From assembly GCA_002269645.1 (NCBI GenBank), contig NIVC01000962.1:1-64000 (forward strand): a DNA stretch of 64,000 nt, in the 5' to 3' direction. Below are positions 1 to 12,055 of the stretch, in pieces. The position numbers and the translations under genes were made by a program. This DNA is from Macrostomum lignano. Taxonomy: Eukaryota. The notes beneath the pieces are model-generated. The model searched no databases, had not been told where the DNA came from, and saw only the letters and a list, made by a program, of their open reading frames with translations. Position 1 is the stretch's first letter; every line of letters begins with the position of its first letter.

Positions 1-562
1 CTGTTCATTTCTGTTTCATATTGGTGGATTACAAAAAGATAGGTCTTTTTTGTAAAACGTAAATCTTAGTGAACAGCGAGATTTTGTTCAAGAACTCTTG
101 CGGCATGTTAGCTAAAAAATCGTGGACTTCGATACAGTAAAATAGCGATTTCCACATAATGAAGTTCTAAAAAGCTAAAAGATGCACATGCAAAGTAAAC
201 AGTTGATCGCTAATACGCTCAATATTTTCTCCGATTGGAGTGCAAAGCTACAGGTCTCTAAAACAGCACTTTCTACTCGTTGAGCCACTGAGTCCAAGTA
301 CTGGGTCTGTCCATACTTGGACGTCGCCCTACCAACGACCGACCAACCAACCGACCAACCTCCAGCCAAAACCAGCACTAATCCTTTGGAATGCTAACCC
401 CATGCAGTGCGCGCCCACACCCACGCTTCAATTGTAGGAAGCCCTCGGCAGTCTTATTCTGCCGATCAATTTGGCTAGTAAAAATCAATAGCCCTTTTTT
501 GCATGCGTTTTGCTATATCGATTGTTCATGACGGTTGACTTGGGCGCAAGGATTTTCAGCTT

Positions 563-564
<2 letters not shown>

Positions 565-642
<78 letters not shown>
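565..642. repeat. (CT)n microsatellite
   Basis: Uninterrupted CT run read directly. Confidence 0.98.
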
Positions 643-648
<6 letters not shown>

Positions 649-944
649 ATTTCTCCCAGAGCAGCTCTATACTAACAGCTGTAAAACACTGTGCTTGCCT
701 GGCTCCTTCCACATTCCTATCCGGCCATATCCATAGAAATCTAATCGCTTTTAAGCTCCCACAGCTTACGTTTCTGGGAGCGTTCTACACTGCGCAGCGA
801 GCCTTTTAAAATAGAAATTTCAGTTCCAAAACGGTTGAACGGTGAGAAAGTTGCTCAAAATTCCGGATCTAAAAGAGCTGCTTCAGATTTGCTCCGATTC
901 AGCGTAATCCTTCGCAGCTGCAAACACTACAAGGAAGAAGCAGC

Positions 945-2550
945 ATGTCTGAGAGCAGCAAAGGCGGAGGACTCACGATAGACGCGCCGTGGAACAGATC
1001 GGCTTCGGCCGGTTTCAGATCGGCCTGGTGGCCGTCTGCGGCACCGTCCAGGCCGCGGACGCCATGGAGATGGTCCTGCTGTCGTTTCTCGGTCGCAGCG
1101 TGCAGTGCCAGTGGCACCTGTCGTCTCAACAGATCGCCTGGCTGGCAACCTGCGTCTTCATCGGGACAATGATCGGAGCTCCGATTCTGGGAGCGATCTC
1201 CGATCGGTACGGCCGGTGGAACGCACTGCTGCTGAGCGCATGCCTGATCGCTACTACGGAGCTCTGTCAGCCGCGTCGCCCAGTCTGCCTTGGATTCTCA
1301 CTCCGAGGCTTCGTCGGGTTCGCCATCGCGGCCTCATCCCGCTGACGTCGACCCTCACCGGCGAGTTTCTCCCAGTTAAATTCCGAGCATCTTCCTCATC
1401 GTCATGATGTCCTTCTGGACGCTGGGCGGCCTTTTCGAGGTCCTGATAGCCTGGCTGTCACTGGGCTCCGACGGCACCCTGAAACCCAACGGATGGCGGT
1501 TTATGTTGGCCGGCACCTCCGTGCCGCTGTTTCTCATCCTGCCGATGTTCTTCTGGCTGCCTCGGTCGCCCAGATTCCTGCTGGCATCCGGCCGACCCGA
1601 AGAGGCCCTGACGCAGCTCAATCGAGCAGCCAGGAGCAACAAGAGGCCGGAACTGACGGGACCTCTCAGCAACACCGCGGCCAGGGTGAGCGGGCCAGCC
1701 TGAAGGGCCTGTTCGCCAACCCGACCATGACCAGGTAAGTCGCAGATGCTGTCCTAAAAGCACTGATTGACCATTTCTGACCGATGCTCAAAATGACAAT
1801 TCCAGACTCACCCTACTATCCATTGTGAACTGGATTGGAGGTGGATTCCTCTACTACGGCCTGGTGCTGCTGAGCACAGAGCTGCCCGGCCAGCCGCACA
1901 GGTGCCTGCAGAACCTGCACCAGATGAGCGCGGCCTCGTCCGACAAGTCCAGCACCGAGTGCTGCCAGGCTTTGAGCAGCGAAGATTATGCAACTGCCGC
2001 TTTCGCTACTCTCGGAGAGTTCTTTGGCTACCTGATCATCATTCTGTTCATTGATACCTGCGGCAGGCGGGCCGTGATCGCGTCCAATACGGGGGTGCTC
2101 AGCGTCCTGCTCGTCTGCATGCTGTTCTGCATGCCGCCGAAGCTGCTGGCCGTCTTGCTCTTCTTTGCGCGCAGCTGCGCAGCCTCCGCCTTCACGGCGA
2201 TCTACATCTTCACGAACGAGGCCTACCCAACCACCATCCGCACTCTCGGCATGGGCGTCTGCTGCGCCGCTTCCCGCATCGGCGCCCTGCTGTCACCTTT
2301 TGTTGCTCAGGTGATGCTGCCCGACTACTCAGTGATGGCCGCAATGCTCACCTACGCCGGTATGGCTGTCGTGACCACCGTGTGCGTCCTCCTGATGCCG
2401 TTCGACACGAAGGGCCGGTCTCTGATGCAGACGGTTGAGGAGGTTGCCGAAGCGGCTTCCGCTGGGCAGCCGTCTTCAAAGCCAGCCGGCGAGCCGACTG
2501 AGGGTGACGGGCTGCGGATGACTGGCGATCCAAGAAGTACAGCAGCGTGA
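945..2550 (+). CDS. SVOP: SVOP-like MFS transporter copy 1; exons 945-1734 and 1806-2550; exon 1 frameshifted (assembly error or young pseudogene)
   Basis: Motifs ADAMEM, ISDRYGR, EAYPTTIR..GMG, RIGA..PF.AQV, PFDTKG. GT-AG intron 1735-1805 (CCAG|gtaagt...tccag|A) at the same codon as copies 2 and 3. Six 1-2 nt deletions relative to the paralogues in exon 1. Confidence 0.85.
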
Positions 2551-4052
2551 CTGGTGGGGACGCTCAGGAGTCCCAGGGCTGAGGCGGCCCTGCTGTAGGA
2601 CATGCTTGCATGCACTCCTGACTCCTGGGTGCACGCGAATCTTTGTGCAAAATACGAAATATCAGATTGGTTATAAGTGATCAGCGACATCTTCGTGTTG
2701 CTATCTTCAAGGACCACTATTAGTTAGCCGGACACTTTGCTCTCAGATCGTGACTACGGAGGTTGGAATTCTATAATTTATGTGAAACGATGAAAAGATT
2801 TGTGTCACAGGCTGCAGCAGTGCTAGGATTGCAAAGAATGTTACATCTGATGACTGTTAATTCATTTCTATAGTTCATGCTCGAATATATTAACCTGGCA
2901 ATTTCGAAGACACGTTTAAATATTTGCTACTGAGACACAAGATCTTTTCATCAGGTAGGCTTTTCATGTGTTCCCGGTAGAAGAAACCTGTATTTTGCCA
3001 TGATTTCAGAATGCAGCGTCTTCTACTAAATACCTTAAGTCCCTGTGGAATTATTTGCCTTAGTCATAGTCCTGTTTGTTTTGCTTATTGTCTTTATTTA
3101 TGTTCGATTATGACTTGAGTGTTTATGCTACTCACGCAATGTCTCAAGGCTTCACACACAGCTAGAATATATAGATAAGTTAAATATTTTTGTTTTACTT
3201 TTAAACGCTGTGTTGTTGCCTTCCCTGCACCGAAAATAATTTTGATAATCACTTGTCACTTCCTCCAGTAATTTGATGTTCAGAGACATAAACATTGGTG
3301 TTGTACGTTCTACGAGACATTGTAAAAAATAGTTATAACATTTTCACAATTCGAAACGTTTGATAATCGGCCCAGGGAACCACCTATCAAAGCTGTCATC
3401 ATAATTTTGTTGTAAGGCTCATATTTCGTGTTAACTGCTGTGCCTTCTGTCATCAGATGCTGACTGGGTGCTCCCGAGCTGGAGGTAACCCAGCCAAATA
3501 TAAGACCGTTCGCAGTGGCTCTCGATCACTCGGTGCAAGTCAGCCAGTTGCCTTTCAAACCGCATGTTGCACACGCGGAGCTCACTTTTGCTCACTTGAA
3601 TTTGCACAAGCGATGCTTTAAGTCTATGTATATAAAGCTGACACAGAGAACGCACACAGCTGTCCTGCATCATTTGTCAGCCCCTTTCCGGGCTCGTATT
3701 GTTCAAGCAGAGAAAATTGACCCTAGCCCCGTACATTGAGACTGAGCACTGGGTGAGCACACTGACTGTTTCTGTCTTTCCATCACTCCTTCACCTTGCT
3801 ACCCAAGCTTTCTATCCAGCAAACATACGAATAAAAGCCTGCCTCAATACTTGTCGAGTGGCAAAACACCACCGCACGTTTTACTCGAGTCCGCTCTTGT
3901 CACATGGTGACATTTTCTCGAGAATTGGATTCCACCGATTCTTCAACTAATTCGATTGCAACTTCACTTATCGGAGCAAATACCGATTTGAAAACGGACA
4001 ACAACTTAGGCGCATCAAAAAATTGCTGTTTGGGCAAAGAGCTGGGCAGACA

Positions 4053-5715
4053 ATGTCTGTAAGCAAATGTGGAGGCGGCCTGACGGTAGACGCTGCCGTG
4101 GAGAAGATCGGCTTCGGATGGTTCCAAGTCGGTCTGGTGGCCGTCTGCGGCACCGTCCAGGCCGCGGACGCCATGGAGATGGTCCTGCTGTCCTTTCTCG
4201 GTCGCAGCGTGCAGTGCCAGTGGCACCTGTCGTCTCAACAGATCGCCTGGCTGGCAACCTGCGTCTTCATCGGGACAATAATCGGCGCTCCGATTCTGGG
4301 AGCGATCTCCGATCGGTACGGCCGGTGGAACGCACTGCTGCTGAGCGCATGCCTGATCGCCTACTACGGAGCTCTGTCAGCCGCGTCGCCCAGTCTGCCT
4401 TGGATTCTCACTCTCCGAGGCTTTGTCGGGTTCGCCATCGGCGGCCTCATCCCGCTGACGTCGACCCTCACCGGCGAATTCTTGACGGCAAAATTCAGAG
4501 CAACATTTATAGTTTTAATGCTAACGTTTTGGACGCTTGGCGGCCTGCTAGAGGTCTTAATTGCGTGGCTGTTTCTCGGTTCTGATGGAGCGCTGATACA
4601 CGACGGATGGAGACGGGTGCTGGCTGCTACTTCGATTCCTTTGTTTCTTTCGTTGCCGATGTTTCTCTGGCTGCCTCGGTCACCCAGATTCCTGCTGGCA
4701 TCCGGCCGACCCGAAGAGGCCCTGGCAGAGCTCAATCGAGTAGCCAGGTGTAACAAGAGTCAAGAACTGACGGGACCACTCACTGATGTTGCTGCAAAAA
4801 AGAGCAGAGCTGATCTGAGAGGGCTGTTTGCGAATCGCACACTAACTAGGTAAGCGTTTGCTGATGATATAACTAATGGTGTTTGATGTACAATGTGTGG
4901 CTTGATATCCAGAGAGTATTTCGAACTTCGCCCGCAGGTTGACCCTGCTACTGCTTGTGTTTTGGTTTTGTGGAGGTTTCATGTACTACGGAATGGTGCT
5001 GCTCACCACCGAGCTTCCAGGCCTGCCGCACAGGTGTTTGCAGGACTTAAGTCTCTACAGCAACGCCTCGGCCGGCAAATCCACCGTAGGATGCTGCCAG
5101 GCACTGCGCAACGCAGACTACGCAACGGCAGCCTTCGCCACTCTCGGAGAATTCTTTGGCTACCTCATCATAATCCTCTTCATAGACGTCTGCGGCCGGC
5201 GCGCCGTGATGGCAGTGAACTCCTGCGTCACGTGTGTCCTGTTCGTCAGCATGCTGTTCTGCATGCCGCAGAAGCTGCTCACTGCGCTGCTGTTCTTCTG
5301 TCGTGGCTGCTCTCAGGCGGCGTTTATTACCGTTTTCGTCTACACAAACGAGGCCTACCCGACAACTATCCGCACTCTCGGCATGGGCGTCTGCTTTGCG
5401 GCTTCTCGCATCGGCGCCCTGCTGACGCCGTTCGTTGCCCAGGTGCTGCTGCCCGACTACTCAATGATGGCCGGGCTGTTCACCTACGCAGCCGTTGCCC
5501 TCTTGGCTGCGGTGGTCGCTGTGCTTTTACCATTTGAAACGAAAGGCCGCCCGCTGTTCCAGACTGTTGAAGAGATCGAGGGGTCGGCAGTGAAAGCGGA
5601 GGCGAGAGGTGCAGCGGCTGCCAGCGAAGACGATGGTTTAATGATGGACGACGTACGGAAAACCTACAGCAGTTTAGACGGCGCAGACGCGACTCAGTCT
5701 GAGCTCCCGAGATAG
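4053..5715 (+). CDS. SVOP: SVOP-like MFS transporter copy 2; exons 4053-4849 and 4938-5715; intact
   Basis: Same motifs. Phase-2 intron 4850-4937 (gtaagc...cgcag) joins ORFs 4023..4853 and 4939..5715 in frame (TR|LTLLLLVFW). Confidence 0.93.
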
Positions 5716-7988
5716 TTCTCCGTGTCGAGGGCCAATCGGATCGCCCGTTCGATTTCCCCATTTAAAGTCCATGGTTTCCATACTGTTAGTTACTGCAAAT
5801 CCCCACTTCTCTTGCATGTATCAGATATTTATTGCTCACTGCGCTCATACTTTGCTACACAGATATACGCTCGTATTTGGGAACGTCACAGTTCACAATA
5901 TATGAAACACAATTAACCTCAAAAGACGCTTTATTTGAAAATATTTTAATTAAGAATTTCTAAGACGTCAATGCCGGAGAGTAAACGTCTAGATGCTTCG
6001 ATATTGAAACTCTAGCTTTCTGTACTAAAATTAAACATACCAATGCCTTGATATGTTCATTCTCATCCCATTCAAATTCAAAGGCTTTCGTGTGTTTCAT
6101 GGAGTGCATGGCGATACTATGATCAAGTGAGTTGGGAAGCGTTTGAAAGTTAAAGCGGGTGGCTGAAGCGTCGATTGCTGGTAAATCTGAACCTTGCTGC
6201 GACGTCAGCACGTTGTGACCCGCTCTTTCGAAACTACATCTCACTGTAAAGGTCAGCACCGACCTCATCTTGACTCCCAAGATTGTGTCATCTTGACCAC
6301 GACTTGAGACCATGGGACCAAATGAGAAATGGGCCAATAAACTGAATGGCAAAAAGGTTTCACAAGTTATCGACGTATTGAGTTATATACCGTCTTTTAG
6401 AACTTTTCCAAATATTTGAATCAAAGTGGATACAGGGACCGCTAGAAGATTAGGTTAAACAGGACGCGACACTCTTAATATTATGAAATTGTTTCAATGC
6501 CCCCATGCTTGCGTGCACGCTCGTATTTAGAGATCTTTGACTTCAAAAAATCATTTCATTTTGATTGTCTTAAAGAAACCTGCGCTAGCCTCAAGCTTTG
6601 TGCCACAGAAACTCCCAAATAGATGTAGGAGCGTATGTGTAATTTGCTAAGGTTTATTTTTGTCATTACATGCAACATTGATACTCGTTTAAAACTTGCT
6701 ATGCCTGTATGTAGACATACTGCTACAAAACTGTAGTCTAAGAGCGTATAAGTAATCTAATTAATAACAAAGCTATCATGTTAAAGAGATCAAAATTTCG
6801 AACAACCTGTAGAAAACTTTTCATTTTAAGTGCAACTGATCCGGAGTTAGGATACCGACCTGTGATTCTTGTTGTTTCTACAGATACAAGCTAATAAGCA
6901 AATGTGGTGTCCTGGTGTACTCGCAGATGTACCAATGGTGACGCAAAACAGAGTGATCAATGAATTATGTTGGAACTATTTCCCTTAGGTAGTTCATCAC
7001 TCCTCTGGTAAAAATCAAGTCGCAAACTCGTCAGACTATTGAAATATTTTCAGCAGTACAACGATACAACGATTATAACAAAACAAAGCTCTCTTTGTGA
7101 ATTACTAAATGAATTAAAGTGGATCACTTCAGGATTAAGAGAATCCAGTAATGTAATGCTTAGGTCGGTGTAGGAAGCAGTGCGTGTTTACAGCAAATGT
7201 GACAGTGAAACTTATTGTTGCCAAAAGCATTTGCAAACGTTGCTGAAAAACTTCATTAAGTTACCAAAATTTTACCGCTGTACAAAAAATTGCTTTGCTT
7301 CAATTGCCAGATAGATTTTTGTGAGCCTTGTTTCTGTTGCTAGTTCGGTCGAAATGCCGAGCTCTGCTGTGTATCTACAGAGAGGCTCACAGACTCATTC
7401 CTTTTCATTGTCGCTATTCGAATACTAGCGAGTTTTCGGCCCTGTACGTTGACTTATTCGACACAATGAGAAGGCGCAGCACTATGTGGTCTTAAGCTCA
7501 AAACCCCCGTCTGCATTACTCTATTCTTTCCAAACCTCTCTCCATAAAGTGCTGGCACACATAAATTGCCACAGCGTAAGCCAACAGAGATCTAATTTTA
7601 CAAAAACACCAGAATCTCTCCTGCACGCTCCCAGCCAAACGTGACGGAGACTGACGAACGGCTGAAACTGGATTTGTGTAAATGTAAGTGGGAGTCCTGA
7701 CGGCGCACATTTGAAATTTTATTGATTTGTAGAACTACTAGTTGAAATAGGAAAATACAAAATTTACACACGGGATCTCTTAATAAAATGAAGTAATTAA
7801 GTACGGTACAACATCATGTAAATGTAGAAGCTCATTGGATTTGAGAGCTTGTCGTTCTTTATTCTTAACGACGTCTGTTAGATGCAGTCAGTCAGCGTTT
7901 TGGCACAATGCCTCCTACGTTGTACAATGCTTAATCATTGGCTAGAGTTCAATCGGCGGTGTTAATCTTCCAGGTGAGAAGCTTTAGC

Positions 7989-9659
7989 ATGTCTGTCAGC
8001 AGCAATGGAAACGGCCTGACAATGGACGCGGCCATAGAAAAGATCGGATTTGGCCGGTTTCAGATCGGCCTGGTAGCCGTCTGCGGCACTGTTCAGGCCG
8101 CGGACTCCATGGAGATGATTCTGCTGTCGTTTCTGGGTCGGAGCGTGCAGTGCCAGTGGCACCTGGCGTCTCAACAGATCGCTCTGCTGGCAACCTGCGT
8201 CTTCATCGGAACAATTTTCGGTGCGCCAATCCTTGGGGCGATCTCCGATCGGTACGGCCGGTGGAACGCACTGCTGCTGAGCGCATGCCTGATCGCCTAC
8301 TACGGAGCTCTGTCAGCCGCGTCGCCCAACCTCACTTGGCTTTTAACGCTTCGGGGCTTCGTCGGGTTCGCCATCGGCGGCCTCATCCCGCTGACGTCGA
8401 CCCTCACCGGCGAATTCTTGCCAACAAAGTACAGAGCATTGTTTCTCATTGTGATGATGACGTTTTGGACGTTTGGCGGCTTGCTTGAGGTCTTCATCGC
8501 GTGGCTGCTTCTCGGTTCTGATGGGGTCCTCATACCAGACGGATGGAGACGGGTGCTGGCTGCTACTTCAATCCCGCTGTTCGCCATACTACCTTTATTC
8601 TTCTGGCTGCCTCGATCGCCCAGATTCCTGCTGGCATCCGGTCGACCAGAAGAGGCCCTGGTCCAGCTGAATCGTGCGGCCAGGTGTAACGGGAGTCCGG
8701 AGCTGACGGGACCCCTCGCTTATTCCGCAACGAAGACTGGCAGAGCTGATTTCAACAGTTTGTTCGCGAATCGCACGCTAATCAGGTTAGGTTCCTTTCG
8801 GGCGCAACTTTGATAAATTTTAATAAGATAACAAGCTTTCAAATACGCTCACGAGCAGTGGCGTCTATTATCGACCCGCAGATTGACTTCGCTGCTTCTC
8901 TTGTTTTGGTTCTGCGGAGGGTTCCTCTACTATGGCCTGGTGCTGCTGACCACGGAGCTGCCCGGCCTGCCGCACAGGTGCCTGCAGAGCCCCGGACTGA
9001 TGAGCAAAGTCACAGCCGGCAAGTCCAGCTCCGAGTGCTGCCAGGCACTGCGCAGCGCAGACTACGAAACAGCCGCCCTGGCCACGCTGGGGGAGCTCTT
9101 CGGCTACCTGATCATCGTCATTTTCATTGACATAATCGGCAGACGCGCCGTGATGGCGGTGAACACGGCCTTGCTGAGCATCCTGCTGTTCTGCATGCTG
9201 TTCTGCATGCCGCAGCTGGCGCTCACGGCGCTATTGTTTCTCGCTCGCGGCTGCTCATGCGCCGCATTCACGTCGATTTACATCTACACGAACGAGGCCT
9301 ACCCGACCACCATCCGCACTCTCGGCATGGGCGTCTGCTGCGCCGCTTCCCGCATCGGCGCCCTGCTCACGCCGTTCGTTGCTCAGGTGATGCTGCCCGA
9401 CTACTCAGTGAGGGCAGGCCTGCTGGTCTATGCCGCCGTGTCCATCGTGGCCACCGTAGCGGCCGCCTTCTTCCCGTTTGAAACAAAAGGACGCGCGCTG
9501 AGCCAGACTGTTGAGGAGACGGAGGCCGCAGCTGCCGAGCCGGAGGATTCCAGAGAGCCGGCTGGGGCTGCTGCCGCTACCGAAGATGCCGGCCTCATGA
9601 TGCGCGAGGTTCCCAAGACCTACAGCAGTTTGGGTGCCGCAAGTTCGCTTCGAGATTGA
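7989..9659 (+). CDS. SVOP: SVOP-like MFS transporter copy 3; exons 7989-8785 and 8882-9659; intact
   Basis: Same motifs. Phase-2 intron 8786-8881 (gttagg...cgcag) joins ORFs 7938..8813 and 8883..9659 in frame. Confidence 0.93.
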
Positions 9660-10213
9660 AGATTTTGCTTTCAGGCCTTCAAACTCGTGAAAAAAAATTT
9701 GTGGGCTTATGAAGTTTCGAGATATTCGGTGCTGTGGATTCGACAATGTGTAGTTTTGAGTAGGTGAAAGGGAGCCTCCAAGAGAATTCAACTGCAGAAA
9801 ACAACTGCGCTTCTGTTGTATATTTTATAGTTACTATGAAGCGTTTGTCAGATATGATCAGGTAACCTGAATTGATTCCTGGCGGCCAAAACTAGCGCAT
9901 AGATGTCTGTATCTCCTTTGTTGAATTCATAACTTAACGGCAATAAAAACTTGTTCAGAAGCTGCTACGCATTGCCACTTCTTTAATGTCGCGATACAGT
10001 AATTGTTAAGCGGCTTCAAATTTTTCAAAATAGCTTTTCCAGAAGCCAATATGCAGAGCAAGAGCAGTCCGCTGGTCAACCAGTCATCAGAGCAGAAGCA
10101 TAAAAAGCCAAGGCTGAACAATTCAAGAATCAAGACTGACAGTAAAAGTTCATATCAATAGTCCATCAGTTCGCATGATGACAGTATTAGTAGCAGTAAT
10201 ATTGATAATATTC

Positions 10214-10978
10214 AAACGCCGGAGGGGACACGCTGGGGGGAACGCCGGAGGGGAAACGCTGGGGGGAACGCCGGAGGGGAAACGCTGGGGGGGGACGCCG
10301 GAGGGAACACGCTGGGGGGGGGAAACGCCGGGAGGGGGACACGCTGGGGGGGAACGCCGAGAGGGGGGAAACGCCGGGAGGGTGGAAACGCCGGAGGGGA
10401 AACGCCGGGAGGGGGAAACGCCGGGAGGGGGGAAACGCCGGAGGGGAAACGCTGGGGGGAAACGCCGGGAGGGTGGAAACGCCGGAGGGGAAACGCTGGC
10501 GGGGGGGACGCCGGGAGGGGGAAACGCCGGGAGGGGGGAAACGCCGGAGGGGAAACGCTGGGGGGAAACGCCGGGAGGGTGGAAACGCCGGAGGGGAAAC
10601 GCTGGCGGGGGGGACGCCGGGAGGGGGAAACGCCGGGAGGAGGGGACACGCTGGGGGGGGGGGAAACGCCGGGAGGGGGAAACGCCGGAGGGGAAACGCT
10701 GGGGGGGAAACGCGGGGAGGGTGGAAACGCCGGAGGGGAAACGCTGGCGGGGGGAACGCCGGGAGGGGGAAACGCCGGGAGGGGGGAAACGCCGGAGGGG
10801 AAACGCTGGGGGGGAACGCCGGGAGGGGGAAACGCCGGGAGGGGGAAACGCCGGGAGGGGGAAACGCCGGGAGGGGGAAACGCCGGGAGGGGGAAACGCC
10901 GGGAGGGGGAAACACCGGGAGGGGGAAACGCCGGGAGGGGGAAACGCCGGAGGGGAAATGCCACGGGGAGGAAACGCC
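10214..10978. repeat. G-rich minisatellite (~16-18 bp units, GGGAGGGGGAAACGCC-like) with G-quadruplex potential
   Basis: Repeated AAACGC(C/T)GG core separated by G runs of 3-10; extreme G/C strand skew. Confidence 0.95.
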
Positions 10979-12055
10979 AGATAGGAAATTTGCATAAGCC
11001 GATTCCAACTGCCCTAGGATATCTCTGCCATTTCATATCGCGTTAGACGTGTCAAAAAGGGATGGTTAGACATGCATTTTACTAATTTTTAAGAATTAAT
11101 TTCTTACTTTTTAGTGCTGCAGTTGACACGAACTCAGGCTTGAATGTGTCCAAAGAGGGTTCAACAGATTCATCGAATTTCATCTTGAAAAAGCAATACT
11201 TTAGAGAGCAATATTCAAGAAAATTAGAAATCCTCCCATAATATAGGAGACTTTCTGAACGAATTGTCCTGATCCGAAAGCTGCCGGTGGAAAAAACCCT
11301 GTTTATGCACAGGCAGATTAAGCTCAGTGGTTAATGAGTCCGACTCTCAAGCCAAAGTACCAAGAAATGAAAAAACACGGCCTGACGTTTTGTTGCGCAC
11401 TTTCTCAAACAAGAATCAAATCGCCAACTCTCCGGACCGTCAAGATATTCAACAATTCCGCCAGAAGGTCGGATTTTTCCCATAAGCGCCAGTGTGCAGC
11501 CTTGCCAAGCCTCCAAATTTCATCAGCAAGCCGACCAAACATTCTCTGATATTTGCCTGGTAATTCCTACCGCAATCAAACTGAATTTTGAAGTCAGCTT
11601 TTGCTGCTAATTGATTTCTAATCGTTGCAAGAAAAAATTACAAAAATTTTTCGCTTTTACTGCGGATCAATGCCAGTTTTGCAACAGCAATAGAAGCTGA
11701 ATTATAATTTGTGAATAAGCAGGAAGTTTTACAAAATTTTATTATACAGACGGAATATGTGACCGGAGCAATCTTGCTTGGTCCCAGCGGTAAAGTGCAT
11801 CGCAGTGTTTGTTTGTTCGAATGGCGGTGGGAGTGATACGATTGGAGACGAGAAATTTAATTTGTTTAAGCAAGCAATCAAATTTTAATTTGATAATGGA
11901 ATTATTCAATGCGCGAATGTAAATTTATTACAAGTGCATATCAGGGATTACCAATCTTGGTTACCTCGGAGTGTTTTTTAAAACTGCAACTCAGAACCAC
12001 TTGAATAAAAAAAATAAACTCTGCTCAATGTAAAGCGCGAGCTTCATCAGCCAAT

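Noticed and set aside
899-9791. Multiple antisense and off-frame ORFs across the SVOP cluster
   Set aside because: They are shadows of GC-rich coding exons and recur at equivalent positions in each paralogue.
11405-11570. Short minus-strand peptide (GKYQRMFGRLADEIWRLGKAAHW...) downstream of SWAP70
   Set aside because: About 50 codons, no recognisable family, and no supported link to other exons.
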